Source: an uncultured Flavobacteriales bacterium (GTDB lineage Bacteria; Bacteroidota; Bacteroidia; Flavobacteriales_D; JABDKJ01). From it: DNA of 64,000 nucleotides. A model generated the notes under the pieces. That model did no database searches. It saw nothing but the letters and a program-made list of their open reading frames with translations, and was not told where the DNA came from. The translations under genes were made by a program, and so were the position numbers. Location: positions 16,394-80,393 of the forward strand of contig CAZSQZ010000009.1 of assembly GCA_964609215.1 (NCBI GenBank). Reading direction: 5' to 3'. This document shows, piece by piece, positions 43,974 to 54,637 of the stretch (its first letter is position 1; each line of letters starts with the position of its first letter).

Positions 43974-45822
43974 GTACTATTTTCTTTGTAATAGGGGGCG
44001 AAAGATAAGGATTGGAAAGTCTTATCCAATACAATCCATTATTACTTTGAGATAAATCAATAGAATTTGTTTGTAAGAAATCCTGAGCTATTATTTGCCC
44101 GGAAATATTAAATACCTCATATCTCCATTTATTTGCAATTTGAGGTAATTCCAAATACACAACTCCATTACTTGGATTAGGATAAAGATTAATATCCTTA
44201 TCAGAAATTTCATTGACACTAACAATAGGAATATCTCCAACAGCTGGTCGCATCATTAAAGTTCCAGTTATCGCAGAAGGATTCCAGGTTCCGTTTACAT
44301 TAAATTTTAAACGATTCGCATTGTTGTTAGTATTCTTGTCGTTTCCAATATTTAAAGATAAATCTCCGGATTGTTGCCAGCCTATCCATATCGGTTGTGA
44401 AGCGTCAACAAAAACTTTTTCTTGAAGTGGGTACACCAAAAAATAATCAGGAGCAACTTGATAATCTACAAAAGAAGGAGCTGCTATTGTTGACTGTTGA
44501 ATTATAGTGTCTGGACAATTAAGATCTGCATCATGGCTCCAAATAGTCAAGAAAAATTGCTCATCACTTGGATCTTGAGCAACGGGTAAGAAATACATAT
44601 ACAGAGCTGATATACTGTCTGGTTGCAGAAAATCAAATTTATAGGCAACCTGACCTCCTGCAATATCGACTCCATAGCCTCGTTCGGCAGAGCCGTCATC
44701 ATAGGCATAAAAGTCATCAAAGCTCTGGGTAAATTTCAAGCGGTTATTATCCAGTATGAAATCTGGGCTAACATTATAGGAAAATTCAACATCAAAATTT
44801 ACTGGACCTGGTAAGGAACTATCATATTCTATATTCCCTCCGTTTAGATCATAGTTATATCCTTGTGTGCTTCCAGCAGAAACAGATGGATCAAAAATAT
44901 TTTGATAGGACGTTTGTAAAACTCCCGATTCAAAAATTTCAAGAAAATTGTTATCTTGGAAAGATCCATTATTTCCATTGTTCTTAATTTGCAAAAGAAT
45001 ATTTTCCCTAATCAAAGAGTTGTCGAAATGATCCCAAGGAACAGAGGAATATTCTTCGGTCAAACTAAATTGAGGCTCAAAAAACGCCAGATCTTGGTTA
45101 ATGGTATCTGTTAAACTCCTGTTATCATCTATTTCGATGTAATCAATATTCCAATGATCTAATGCTCCAGAAAGTGTTGCATAATTCTTGAATCTAATTC
45201 TGAAATCCGGTTCAAGGAAAATTGTACTGTCTATAGGTATTAGAACCTGTTCAAATTCTGAAAGTGCTCTGCCCGGAGATGACCAGGCCCAATGCCATTT
45301 ATTGGAATCTGGCTCGAAAAACTCCAAAACTAAAGAATCACTTGCTTCAGGACGGTTACCCAATCCTTCAGCTTGAAAGAAAAAACTCATTACCACTAGA
45401 CCAGATGTCGAGCTAAGATCTATGTCAACAGATTCTAAAGTGTCTGCTACACCAAAGTCATTGGCATTTTCAAAATTATAGGGAAAACCGGTGCAATCTA
45501 AACCGTCAAAAGTCATTACTCCAATGCTAGGAGCATTTACTGCAAAAGTTTCATTTCTTCTTGCACAACTTTCCTCCCAAAGTACCTGGTTCCCATCGGG
45601 GTTATTAAATGTCTTGTCTATGGAGAAGTCATCAATAAAGGGAAGAGAGATCATACTCTTTTCCGCATTGCTGGACTTTTTTTGTTTAGTACTTTCTTTA
45701 AGTAATTGGATATCGTAGGTCAACGGAACTTCTACTTCTTGTGCTCCCAAACTAAAGGTGAGTAGAAGAGAAAAAATCCAAATAATTCTGTTTCGTTTCA
45801 TATATACATTTAATACATGCAA
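43963..45822 (-). CDS. secreted hypothetical protein with T9SS C-terminal sorting domain
   Basis: Signal peptide. C-terminus INLYPNPSNGVVYLEL…GLYWIRLSN. Confidence 0.6.
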   Translation of the reverse strand: MHVLNVYMKRNRIIWIFSLLLTFSLGAQEVEVPLTYDIQLLKESTKQKKSSNAEKSMISLPFIDDFSIDKTFNNPDGNQVLWEESCARRNETFAVNAPSIGVMTFDGLDCTGFPYNFENANDFGVADTLESVDIDLSSTSGLVVMSFFFQAEGLGNRPEASDSLVLEFFEPDSNKWHWAWSSPGRALSEFEQVLIPIDSTIFLEPDFRIRFKNYATLSGALDHWNIDYIEIDDNRSLTDTINQDLAFFEPQFSLTEEYSSVPWDHFDNSLIRENILLQIKNNGNNGSFQDNNFLEIFESGVLQTSYQNIFDPSVSAGSTQGYNYDLNGGNIEYDSSLPGPVNFDVEFSYNVSPDFILDNNRLKFTQSFDDFYAYDDGSAERGYGVDIAGGQVAYKFDFLQPDSISALYMYFLPVAQDPSDEQFFLTIWSHDADLNCPDTIIQQSTIAAPSFVDYQVAPDYFLVYPLQEKVFVDASQPIWIGWQQSGDLSLNIGNDKNTNNNANRLKFNVNGTWNPSAITGTLMMRPAVGDIPIVSVNEISDKDINLYPNPSNGVVYLELPQIANKWRYEVFNISGQIIAQDFLQTNSIDLSQSNNGLYWIRLSNPYLSPPITKKIVLVR

Positions 45823-45839
45823 ATGCTGGAGTTCCCTAT

Positions 45840-46688
45840 TTATTGAAACCCCACAGTATCTGTGGTTAAGTAAATATCTACACTGGCGCCAATACCGAGT
45901 TCACCATCACCAAAACGAGGTTTTTGATCATATATTCTCGCAAGAGATGAATCAATTTTGTCTTTGCAATCCATACATTTTAATACAATTCCCAAATTCA
46001 GAGAATTTTCACTTAAATATCTTCGTGCGTCCGACATTGTAAGTCCATATAAGTCTGGCGCGGAAGTAGATTCATATGTTTTTTTGCTAACTACTAAATC
46101 TATCTTTTCTCCCATTTTAATTGGGGCTCCTGCTTTTATTGCTTTGCCCTTATACAATTGCTTTAAAATAAGGTTGTCACCTAAACTATTGGCTTCGTAA
46201 GTAATGTTTCCTACACCAAGCCCTGCAGTTTCAAGCTTTATAAGCGCTACTCTTTCAGATATATCCACAAGTTCTGGCATTCTTTTAGTAGGTGGAGTCA
46301 CTCTGGAAATTGTAACATATACTTTTCGGTTTTCTTTTACCTGCCTTCGAATAGAATCCCCATTACTAAGAACAGCATAGGCAGCAGGATTTTGAGAAAT
46401 AACCCTACCCGGCATATGGTTTTTCAGATAAACAGAATCCTGAATGACCAGCCTTAGATTGCTTTTCTCGATTAAACTTTTCGCCTCATATTTAGAATAA
46501 TCCATTAAATCTGGAACATCAATAGTGTCTCCATGATTTGTATAAAAGCGTAGACCAAAAAATACTGCAAAAATCAATAAGCTGATTATCAGAACATAAA
46601 GACCCAAATTCTTAATGAAGGACTTACTAAAAACAAATGCGATTAAATCTTTTAGCATAAAGTGTTCAAATATAACACTACAACTCAT
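45840..46688 (-). CDS. PASTA-domain protein with N-terminal TM anchor
   Basis: Three PASTA-like repeats (…VPDL(M/Y)G…A…L…GL…). An alternative start lies at 46658. Confidence 0.6.
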   Translation of the reverse strand: MSCSVIFEHFMLKDLIAFVFSKSFIKNLGLYVLIISLLIFAVFFGLRFYTNHGDTIDVPDLMDYSKYEAKSLIEKSNLRLVIQDSVYLKNHMPGRVISQNPAAYAVLSNGDSIRRQVKENRKVYVTISRVTPPTKRMPELVDISERVALIKLETAGLGVGNITYEANSLGDNLILKQLYKGKAIKAGAPIKMGEKIDLVVSKKTYESTSAPDLYGLTMSDARRYLSENSLNLGIVLKCMDCKDKIDSSLARIYDQKPRFGDGELGIGASVDIYLTTDTVGFQ

Positions 46689-46792
46689 TTATAGGCAATG
46701 TATTTTATTCCTAAATCGTTCAATTAGATGTGTTTAAAAATAATTAACAGATAAAATTATTGGAAACAAAAATTTCGAAATTTCAAAATTGA

Positions 46793-47794
46793 ATGAATAA
46801 AAGAAAAAGAATAGCAATAGTTGCAGGAGGTTTTTCGGGTGAATCGATTGTTTCTTTAAAGAGTGCCGAAACCATTTTGAAGCATATTGATAAAGAGATA
46901 TTCGAACCATTTCTAGTAAAGGTTTTGGAAAGCGGATGGACCGTTGAGTGGAAAGCACAAGAATTACCAGTTAATAAAGAAGATTTTTCATTTAATTATG
47001 AGAATGATAAGGTTCAATTTGACTTTGCTTTCATTATTATACACGGAACACCTGGGGAAGATGGTATACTACAAGCCTATTTTGATTTGATTGAGATGCC
47101 TTATAGCACAGGAGATTCTACTCTTATGGGGCTCACTTTTGATAAGGCATACACGCAAAACGTTTTGAAAGGACTTGGTTTTAATGTGGCTAGAAATAGT
47201 GTTGTACAGAAGGGGATGGAAATACAAGCAAAGGAAATATGTTCGGATTTAGGTTTACCTTGCTTTGTTAAACCTTCTCGGGCAGGAAGTAGTTTGGGAG
47301 TTTCTAAGGTTAAATCATGGGAAGAGTTGGATTCGGCTTTGAATAAAGCCTTTTCTGAACATCCGACTGCTTTAATTGAAGAGTTTTTAGATGGTATTGA
47401 AATAACCTGCGGAGCCTATTTGAAAAATGGAGAAATTATTGCTTTGCCTGTAACCGAAATAGTAAGTCAAAATGAGTTTTTTGACTTTGAGGCAAAGTAT
47501 AATGATGAAAGTACAGAGGAAATAACACCAGCGAGAATTTCAGCAGATGATTTTCTTAATTGCCAAGCGGTTACCAAAAAAGTATATCAGCAGTTGTCTT
47601 GTAAAGGAATTGTAAGGGTAGATTATATGTTGGTTGGACGTGAGTTGTATATTATCGAGCTAAATACTGTGCCTGGTATGAGTGCTGAGAGTATAGTTCC
47701 TAAACAACTTGCCGCAGCGGAAATAGACATTAAGTTATTTATTAGCGATTTAATTTTAGGAAAAATTAAAAATCAAGAACCGGCTCATTCCTGA
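46793..47794 (+). CDS. ddl: D-alanine--D-alanine ligase
   Basis: IIHGTPGEDGILQAYFDLIEMPYSTG, ATP-grasp core, ELNTVPGM. Confidence 0.9.
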   Translation: MNKRKRIAIVAGGFSGESIVSLKSAETILKHIDKEIFEPFLVKVLESGWTVEWKAQELPVNKEDFSFNYENDKVQFDFAFIIIHGTPGEDGILQAYFDLIEMPYSTGDSTLMGLTFDKAYTQNVLKGLGFNVARNSVVQKGMEIQAKEICSDLGLPCFVKPSRAGSSLGVSKVKSWEELDSALNKAFSEHPTALIEEFLDGIEITCGAYLKNGEIIALPVTEIVSQNEFFDFEAKYNDESTEEITPARISADDFLNCQAVTKKVYQQLSCKGIVRVDYMLVGRELYIIELNTVPGMSAESIVPKQLAAAEIDIKLFISDLILGKIKNQEPAHS

Positions 47795-48372
47795 GTATAA
47801 TTGGCTTCGAGATATTTCATGAAATTTCCAAATGCTCTGGCTCTATGACTGAATTTATTTTTCTCACTTAATTCCATTTCACCAAAGGTTTTATGTGATC
47901 CATCGGGTTTGAAAATAGGATCATAGCCAAAACCATTTGTGCCCTTTTGTTCTTTTATAATACTACCTTCAACAATTCCTTCAAAATTTTTTTCTTCTCC
48001 GTTAATGATGGAACATACAACCGTTCTGAACTGAGCCTTTCTATTTGCTTTTTGAGTCAATAGAATCAAGACCTTTTGCATGTTTTTTAGGGCGTCTTTA
48101 TTTGGTCCTGCATACCTAGCTGAATAAACTCCAGGTTCAAAATTCAATGAGGGAATTTCTAATCCTGTATCATCGGCAAAGCAGGGAATACCAAATTTCT
48201 TGTAAACCTGTCTGGCTTTTTGTATTGCATTGCCCTGCAAAGTTTCACTGGTCTCCAATAATTCATCCATTTGTTCAACATCATTAAGGCCAATTATTTC
48301 TACTCCCTTTGGAGCAATGGATTTAATCTCTTTTACCTTATTCGGATTTTGTGATGCAAAAATGAGTTTCAT
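47785..48372 (-). CDS. rdgB: non-canonical purine NTP pyrophosphatase (RdgB/HAM1 family)
   Basis: ASQNPNKVKE, ETSETLQGNA, GTNGFGYDPIF, SHRARA motifs. Confidence 0.85.
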   Translation of the reverse strand: MKLIFASQNPNKVKEIKSIAPKGVEIIGLNDVEQMDELLETSETLQGNAIQKARQVYKKFGIPCFADDTGLEIPSLNFEPGVYSARYAGPNKDALKNMQKVLILLTQKANRKAQFRTVVCSIINGEEKNFEGIVEGSIIKEQKGTNGFGYDPIFKPDGSHKTFGEMELSEKNKFSHRARAFGNFMKYLEANYTQE

Positions 48373-48376
48373 AATT

Positions 48377-51300
48377 CTATTCTACAAAAAACCATTGTAT
48401 TTGCGAATTTGAACCTACACTTAGCCTTAAGAGGTAACTTCCAACTTCCAGAGTTGGAACATGTATGAGGTGATTATTATGCCCATTAGTACCATCAATT
48501 TCTCTGTACTTAATGGTTCTGCCTTGAGCATCTATAATTTCCAAAATTACCAAATTGTCTATGGGAAGAAGGAAATCAAAATTCAAGGCACCCTTATTAG
48601 GATTTGGATAAGGTGGAAATAGTATAAACTCATCTTCAATAAGAGCTTTACAACGTGTGTTATTTTCTAACGTCAACTCTCTATTGTTTCCATTTGGCAT
48701 AGAAACAGTAGAACAGAGAAATTCGTGGTGCAGAGCAGGACTATACTCAGGAGCAGCAACAAAATCGTAAATTAAGGTTTCACCTGGTCTCAACAAGCCA
48801 TTCCAGGTTTCAGTAATTCTCGGACCGTTACCAACGTTCAAGTTAATTTCGAAGGTATTGATGTCATGGTTCCCAAAGTTTGAAACGATTGCAGAAGCAA
48901 AGATTTGTCCATTATCAATTACACATGAAATATCAGCTAAGTCCAATTCAAAAATAGGCTCAATGACTAGAATGGTTTTGTTAATCGTATCACTACAGTT
49001 ATCATTATTTATTGCCAATAACTGAATGGTAAAGATTCCAGTATCCAAATAAGTGTATTGAGGAGAGAAATCAAGGGATGAATCGCCATTTCCAAAGTTC
49101 CATACAAAATCATTTGCATCTGTTGTGAGATTGTTAAAAGTAACATCCAATGGAGGGAGGCCAATTGTTGGGTCAAATTCAAAGTTTGGATCGGGGTCTT
49201 CAAACACAGTAATAATTTCTTGTGCGGAAGCTTCGCAGCCGGCTTGAGATGTAACTTCTAGTGAGACATTGAAGTTGCCTGTGCTGTTAAATGTAAAAGA
49301 AGGATTAGCAAGATCAGATGCTCCTTGATTAGAAAAATTCCAATTCCATTCTGCGATTGAATCTGTTAGAAATATGTTTGTGGTATCCATAAAAAGAGTG
49401 GATTCGCCAATACATGCATTCAAATTTGAGAAACCAGCATTGGGTAAATCGTTGATGTTTACTATTTGAACAGTATCGTCTACGCATCCCAATATGGAAG
49501 TAACACTCAGGCTGACATTAAAACTTCCCGGAACAAAATAGGTTTGGGAAGTTGTTGGAAAATTACTTGTAAACCCATTGTCAAAATCCCATGCATAAAT
49601 TTGAATGGGACCTGCAATTGTGGTATCAATATTTTGACTAAACACAGTAGCCTGTCCTAAACAAGTTGAACTTGCAGTAAAATTGGAAACGGGAGAAGGG
49701 TTTATGGTAATGGTTATACTTTGTTCATTTGAGCAATTTACATCTGAGGTTGCTGTTAGAGTGACATTATAAGAGCCAGGTTCAGCATAAGTGTGCCCGA
49801 CATTTTGACCATTGGCGGAACTACTATCTCCAAAATCCCAAGACCAGTTATTAATGTTACCGTTGCTGATAGTAGAATTATCGTCAAAAAATGCATCTTG
49901 GTCCGAACATAAATTACTTACCAGAAAATCCACTTCAGGAAGTGGGTTTATCTGTATTTCGGTTTCAAAGATATCGGCACATCCTGCGGGTGTTTCAACA
50001 ACTAAGGACACTGTATAAGAACCCAGATCATCAAAAAGATGGCCAGGGTTTGGATCATTGGAACCATTTCCATCACCAAAATCCCAAGTCCAGGAAGAAA
50101 TAGTTTCTCCACCAGGTGGAAAGGATAAATCGGAAAAATCTACTTGCTCTCCCAAGCAAAAATTATTAGCAATAAAACTGGCTGTTGGAGCCTGTCCAAT
50201 AATAGTGACATCTATAGTGTCCTGAGCAATACATCCATTTTCATTCTCGGCTTCAACCCAATATGTTCCTGATACATTTACCACCAATTCGGGATCACTG
50301 GAAAGATCATTCCATTCGTAGGAAACTGCTTCATCCTGACCTGAAATAAGTTGTAAAGTGTTCCCAGAACATAAACTTAAATCTGGACCCAAAGATGCAG
50401 TATTTGGAAAATTATCTATGTCAACCATAACAGTATCACTTTGAAAAACACAGTTATTTTGATCTGTGACTTGAACATAATATTCACCCTCTTCTTCGAT
50501 AAGAAAATTAGAATTGACTGACATATCATTCCATTGATAAGTGAAATTGCTATTTCCCAATCCAATTTCCCAAGTAGAATCATTTCCAATACATAAACTG
50601 AAATCTTGTATGAAATTTCCAGGAAAGGAAACTTCGATAGTGTCAGAAGATTCTATTCCAAAATCTGAAATAGTATTAAGTATGTAAGTTCCACTCTCAG
50701 ACACTTCTATTTTAGGAGTGGTTTCACCTGTACTCCATAAATAAGACCGAAAAGAATCGTCTATACCTATAGAATCTGGACAAAAACCATCAAATGTGAT
50801 ATCGGCCCCCAAATCCAAAACAGGAGTATATTTTTCAATAAGATAATCATAGACTGTTTCTTTTTCGCTTTCGGAAAGCTCCTGATTAAAAGCTAGAATC
50901 TCTGCAATATTTCCATGCCAATTCCTAAATAATTGATCACGATCATTACCAATGATTAAGCTAGAAAAACTGCCTTGTGATGCAGATGTTCCCAGTGCAT
51001 ATTTATATTCCGTGGGATTTGAGTATGCACTTCCAGGAACTGCATTGACTTCAAAATTGGATTGAAAAAAGCCATTAGTAAAAAAAGCAGGTACACCACT
51101 ACTATTAATTATCAAAATACTCCCTGGACCACCAGATTGTTCGGTTATCAGTCCAGAGAAAGGAGTAATTGTATTTGTTTCAGAGTTAAAAACTATAACA
51201 CAGGATGCAATTTCAATACTATTGTTAATCAAGAAAACATCATCAGAGCCATCAAAGAAAAATGCACTTTGATTATTAAGGAACGGAATGTTTTCCCTTA

Positions 51301-51514
51301 ACTCAGGCTGAAAATCTGGATTAATTTGGCTTGCATTATTTCCATTTCCACTTATATCCTCCCAATGTAAAACTCCATCCATATCTACAGAAACTCCAGA
51401 GTCTGCCTGTAATCTTAAAATAAGACTTTGAATGTCCTCTATTTCTTGTCCAAATGAGCACAATGGAAGGCTTACAACTAAATAAATTACAACTAATTTG
51501 GTAAGTAGTTTCAC
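48377..51514 (-). CDS. large secreted PKD-repeat protein with T9SS C-terminal sorting domain
   Basis: At least four W(D/N)FGDG-type PKD repeats, an N-terminal LamG-like region, and C-terminus PPYPNPNKGALNFDF…GSYLLRLS. Confidence 0.75.
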   Translation of the reverse strand: MKLLTKLVVIYLVVSLPLCSFGQEIEDIQSLILRLQADSGVSVDMDGVLHWEDISGNGNNASQINPDFQPELRENIPFLNNQSAFFFDGSDDVFLINNSIEIASCVIVFNSETNTITPFSGLITEQSGGPGSILIINSSGVPAFFTNGFFQSNFEVNAVPGSAYSNPTEYKYALGTSASQGSFSSLIIGNDRDQLFRNWHGNIAEILAFNQELSESEKETVYDYLIEKYTPVLDLGADITFDGFCPDSIGIDDSFRSYLWSTGETTPKIEVSESGTYILNTISDFGIESSDTIEVSFPGNFIQDFSLCIGNDSTWEIGLGNSNFTYQWNDMSVNSNFLIEEEGEYYVQVTDQNNCVFQSDTVMVDIDNFPNTASLGPDLSLCSGNTLQLISGQDEAVSYEWNDLSSDPELVVNVSGTYWVEAENENGCIAQDTIDVTIIGQAPTASFIANNFCLGEQVDFSDLSFPPGGETISSWTWDFGDGNGSNDPNPGHLFDDLGSYTVSLVVETPAGCADIFETEIQINPLPEVDFLVSNLCSDQDAFFDDNSTISNGNINNWSWDFGDSSSANGQNVGHTYAEPGSYNVTLTATSDVNCSNEQSITITINPSPVSNFTASSTCLGQATVFSQNIDTTIAGPIQIYAWDFDNGFTSNFPTTSQTYFVPGSFNVSLSVTSILGCVDDTVQIVNINDLPNAGFSNLNACIGESTLFMDTTNIFLTDSIAEWNWNFSNQGASDLANPSFTFNSTGNFNVSLEVTSQAGCEASAQEIITVFEDPDPNFEFDPTIGLPPLDVTFNNLTTDANDFVWNFGNGDSSLDFSPQYTYLDTGIFTIQLLAINNDNCSDTINKTILVIEPIFELDLADISCVIDNGQIFASAIVSNFGNHDINTFEINLNVGNGPRITETWNGLLRPGETLIYDFVAAPEYSPALHHEFLCSTVSMPNGNNRELTLENNTRCKALIEDEFILFPPYPNPNKGALNFDFLLPIDNLVILEIIDAQGRTIKYREIDGTNGHNNHLIHVPTLEVGSYLLRLSVGSNSQIQWFFVE

Positions 51515-51606
51515 TTCTAGAAAAATATAGATTTTTTATCTAATCTGTATACCTAATTTAAAAAGATAAAAACAGAAAAGTTGAAAAATGAATGCCTTGA
51601 TAATCA

Positions 51607-52545
51607 ATGAGGATTAGATTAGTTTTGCGTATGTCAGAAAAAATAACTCACCCAATAAATGAAAACTGGAAATTTGAAATTCAAGACAGAATTTCAACAG
51701 ATAAGATAATAGAAGGGTATAAAAGAGTTTATGATTTCGATTGCAGTTATTTGTTTGCGGATATTCAAGAAGTCAATTTATGCAGGTGCGAAGAGACGGG
51801 CTTTAGATTTTATTCTCCTAGATCTATTAGTGGCGATTCCAAATTCTACGAGTATTTTGAAAATTTCGAATGGTATTATCTGAAATGGAAATGGGAACAT
51901 GATGAGTCTTTAGAATATATCAAAAGTGATTCCAAGGTTCTTGAAGTTGGCTGTGGCAGAGGAGATTTTATTTCAAAAGTACACCAGGATATTGGAGCTG
52001 AAACGGTTGGTTTGGAGTTGAATAAGAATTCTGCTTTGTCAAATCCAGAATTAATAGTGGAGGAAAGCGTACAGGAACATGCAGAGAAAAAACCAAATTT
52101 TTATGATGTTGTTTGTTCCTTTCAGGTTCTAGAGCACATAAGTGATGTCGGGTCTTTTTTGATGGCTAAAACAAAATGCTTGAAGCCAGGGGGAATAATG
52201 ATTATATGCGTTCCAAATAATGACAGCTTCATTAAATTGGATCATTTTAATTTGTTGAATATGCCTCCACATCATATGGGCTTATGGAACGAAGAGTCAT
52301 TGCGTTCTTTATCAAATGAACTTGGATTAGAGCATGTTAAGACTTCTTTTGAACCCCTTCAGGAATATCATTTAGATTATTACTATCGACTCAAGTGTAT
52401 TTCAATTCTCGGTGAGAGATTGGGTAGTTATTTCACTGCTATTATTAATAAGTTTGGATTAAAAGCTTTTGTGCATGGTTTAATTCGAAAGAGATCAAAG
52501 AGAATTAAAGGACATTCCATTTTTATTGCATTTAGAAAACTCTAG
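51607..52545 (+). CDS. class I SAM-dependent methyltransferase
   Basis: VLEVGCGRGDF motif I. An alternative ATG lies at 51631. Confidence 0.7.
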   Translation: MRIRLVLRMSEKITHPINENWKFEIQDRISTDKIIEGYKRVYDFDCSYLFADIQEVNLCRCEETGFRFYSPRSISGDSKFYEYFENFEWYYLKWKWEHDESLEYIKSDSKVLEVGCGRGDFISKVHQDIGAETVGLELNKNSALSNPELIVEESVQEHAEKKPNFYDVVCSFQVLEHISDVGSFLMAKTKCLKPGGIMIICVPNNDSFIKLDHFNLLNMPPHHMGLWNEESLRSLSNELGLEHVKTSFEPLQEYHLDYYYRLKCISILGERLGSYFTAIINKFGLKAFVHGLIRKRSKRIKGHSIFIAFRKL

Positions 52546-53715
52546 TTAGTGATTTAGTATCTCAGAAAAAAGATTTGAATAACTCTTTTCCTGTTCTTTC
52601 AGTGCAAATTTTTGCCTTGCTTCCTGTGAAATTAGACTCTTGTTAAAGTTTAATTTTAAAGCTTCTTCAATTGTTTTTTCAAGGTTGCTGGAATTTAATT
52701 CTTTTGCGAGTAAACCATTCTGACCTTCCTTTATTAATTCAGGAATTCCTCCAACCGCAAAGCCGATCACAGGTGTTCCGCAACACAATGACTCTAGAAT
52801 AGTGTTTGGTGAATTGTCTATCAATGATGGAATAACAAATAAATCTGCACTACAATATTTTTTTGCCATCTCACTTTCATCATGAATGGTTCCGGTAAAT
52901 TCAACAGAATCATTTGACAATCCTTTATTATCTCCTACCGCAATCCAATTATATTTAGATGAGTTTTTTAAGATTAACTCCTTCAATATTGAAAAGCCCT
53001 TTCGTTTATTTTTAATGCTTTCAGCTACAAATAGAATAGTTGGCTTTCGGTTTTGATCTGTATTAATAGATCTATATTTATCACTAAAGATGTTGGTATC
53101 AACAGCGTTTGGAATATGATAAAATTTAGAAGATTTAAATACTGCACTTTTTTTAGCTTTTTCCAATAACCATTTTGATGGGCTTACAACATGGATTTTT
53201 TTATTGGAACAAGCTGTGATCTTTACATTTAAATTCTCTTGAATTATATCTTGATGGCTCTTGAAATTGTCAATTTCATAATGGTATCCGCCTGTGAAAG
53301 CCTCCATATCGTGTAAGGTCCAAACCAAAGGCTTTTTGTTTTTCTTAAAAAATGAAGAGTAGTCTAGTAAATTAGATACCCAATGTAAATTTATCAGGTC
53401 TGCCTTTTTGTATAGTGGGTGTTCTAGGATATCTTCTGGATGAATAGGAAAATTAAATATTTCAGTTTTATGAAGAAGCTCTAGATTCTCTTTACGCAAT
53501 TTTACAAGTTTTCTATGTCTGATTAAATGAGAAGGCCGCAATAGATTTTGAATTTTCCTTGGTTCAAATATCAGCTGAGGAAATTTTTTGTTTTCGGAAA
53601 TTTTGAAAAGAACATTAACGCTGAACACCGTGTTTTTATCAAATGCTTTGCATAGCCTTATGCATGCTTTTCCTGCTCCACCAGTTGAATATGAATTGAT
53701 TAACAATATATTCAT
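52546..53715 (-). CDS. glycosyltransferase family 4 (GT-B)
   Basis: C-terminus PSLIDNSPNTILESLCCGTPVIG matches E-x7-E. Confidence 0.75.
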   Translation of the reverse strand: MNILLINSYSTGGAGKACIRLCKAFDKNTVFSVNVLFKISENKKFPQLIFEPRKIQNLLRPSHLIRHRKLVKLRKENLELLHKTEIFNFPIHPEDILEHPLYKKADLINLHWVSNLLDYSSFFKKNKKPLVWTLHDMEAFTGGYHYEIDNFKSHQDIIQENLNVKITACSNKKIHVVSPSKWLLEKAKKSAVFKSSKFYHIPNAVDTNIFSDKYRSINTDQNRKPTILFVAESIKNKRKGFSILKELILKNSSKYNWIAVGDNKGLSNDSVEFTGTIHDESEMAKKYCSADLFVIPSLIDNSPNTILESLCCGTPVIGFAVGGIPELIKEGQNGLLAKELNSSNLEKTIEEALKLNFNKSLISQEARQKFALKEQEKSYSNLFSEILNH

Positions 53716-53814
53716 CGGTCAAAAATATTAATAAATAGATTGTAGATTAATTATTTGAATTAATGAGGCTAAAAAATGATATTCCTTTAATTTGCAATCT
53801 AGAGAATTTAAGCA

Positions 53815-54591
53815 ATGACCAATAAAAGAAAACTAGTTATAATTCTAGGGTATCCAAAAAGTGGAACAACTTGGTTAACTAGACTTACAGCAGATTTGTT
53901 GAATTCCCCAATAAAAGGTTTTTTATACTCAGATCATTCCGACTTAATTATTGATGGTAAAGACAGAGAAGGCGAATACGAAATTTTCAAAGGACATCAG
54001 CAATTATCGGAAATACGTTCCGAAGAATTAAATTCTGCAAAGATTATCTACATCTATCGCGATCCACGGGATGTTGCAATTAGCGCTAGTCATTATTTCT
54101 ACAATAGAGAATTATGGGAGCCTTTTAATAAAATTGCACTGAGAAGAAAGCCAAAGTATATTCTTAAGATGATAATTGGTGGCAAATTAGGCCCCTATTT
54201 AATTAGAAATAGAGTGATTAACGCAATTCTAAATGGTGACAAGAATTTAGATTTTTGGTGCAGAATTTCATGGATTGAACATGTTCAGCCCTTCATAGAA
54301 AACAGGAACATTTTAAGTCTTAGATATGAGGACTTGTTAAATGATACACATTTGAAGGCAACTGAAATTGCTAATTTCATAGATGAAGAAATTCAGAATG
54401 ATCAAATAATTAAATCAATAGAGAATCAATCTTTTTCACATTTAAAGAAAAAGTTCAAAGACCATAAGGTTCAGAAGAAATTTCTTAGATCTGGAAATAA
54501 GGAACAATGGAAAAAGGTATTGACTGAAAGGCAAAAGCAAAAGTTTGATAGTCGCTTATCTACGCATTTGAAAAAGATGAAATTTAATTAA
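53815..54591 (+). CDS. PAPS-dependent sulfotransferase
   Basis: 5'-PSB motif YPKSGTTWL and 3'-PB motif RDPRDVAIS. Confidence 0.8.
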   Translation: MTNKRKLVIILGYPKSGTTWLTRLTADLLNSPIKGFLYSDHSDLIIDGKDREGEYEIFKGHQQLSEIRSEELNSAKIIYIYRDPRDVAISASHYFYNRELWEPFNKIALRRKPKYILKMIIGGKLGPYLIRNRVINAILNGDKNLDFWCRISWIEHVQPFIENRNILSLRYEDLLNDTHLKATEIANFIDEEIQNDQIIKSIENQSFSHLKKKFKDHKVQKKFLRSGNKEQWKKVLTERQKQKFDSRLSTHLKKMKFN

Positions 54592-54637
54592 TGGTAACTA
54601 ACTTTAATTTTGTTGTATAGCTGCCTAAGTATATAGA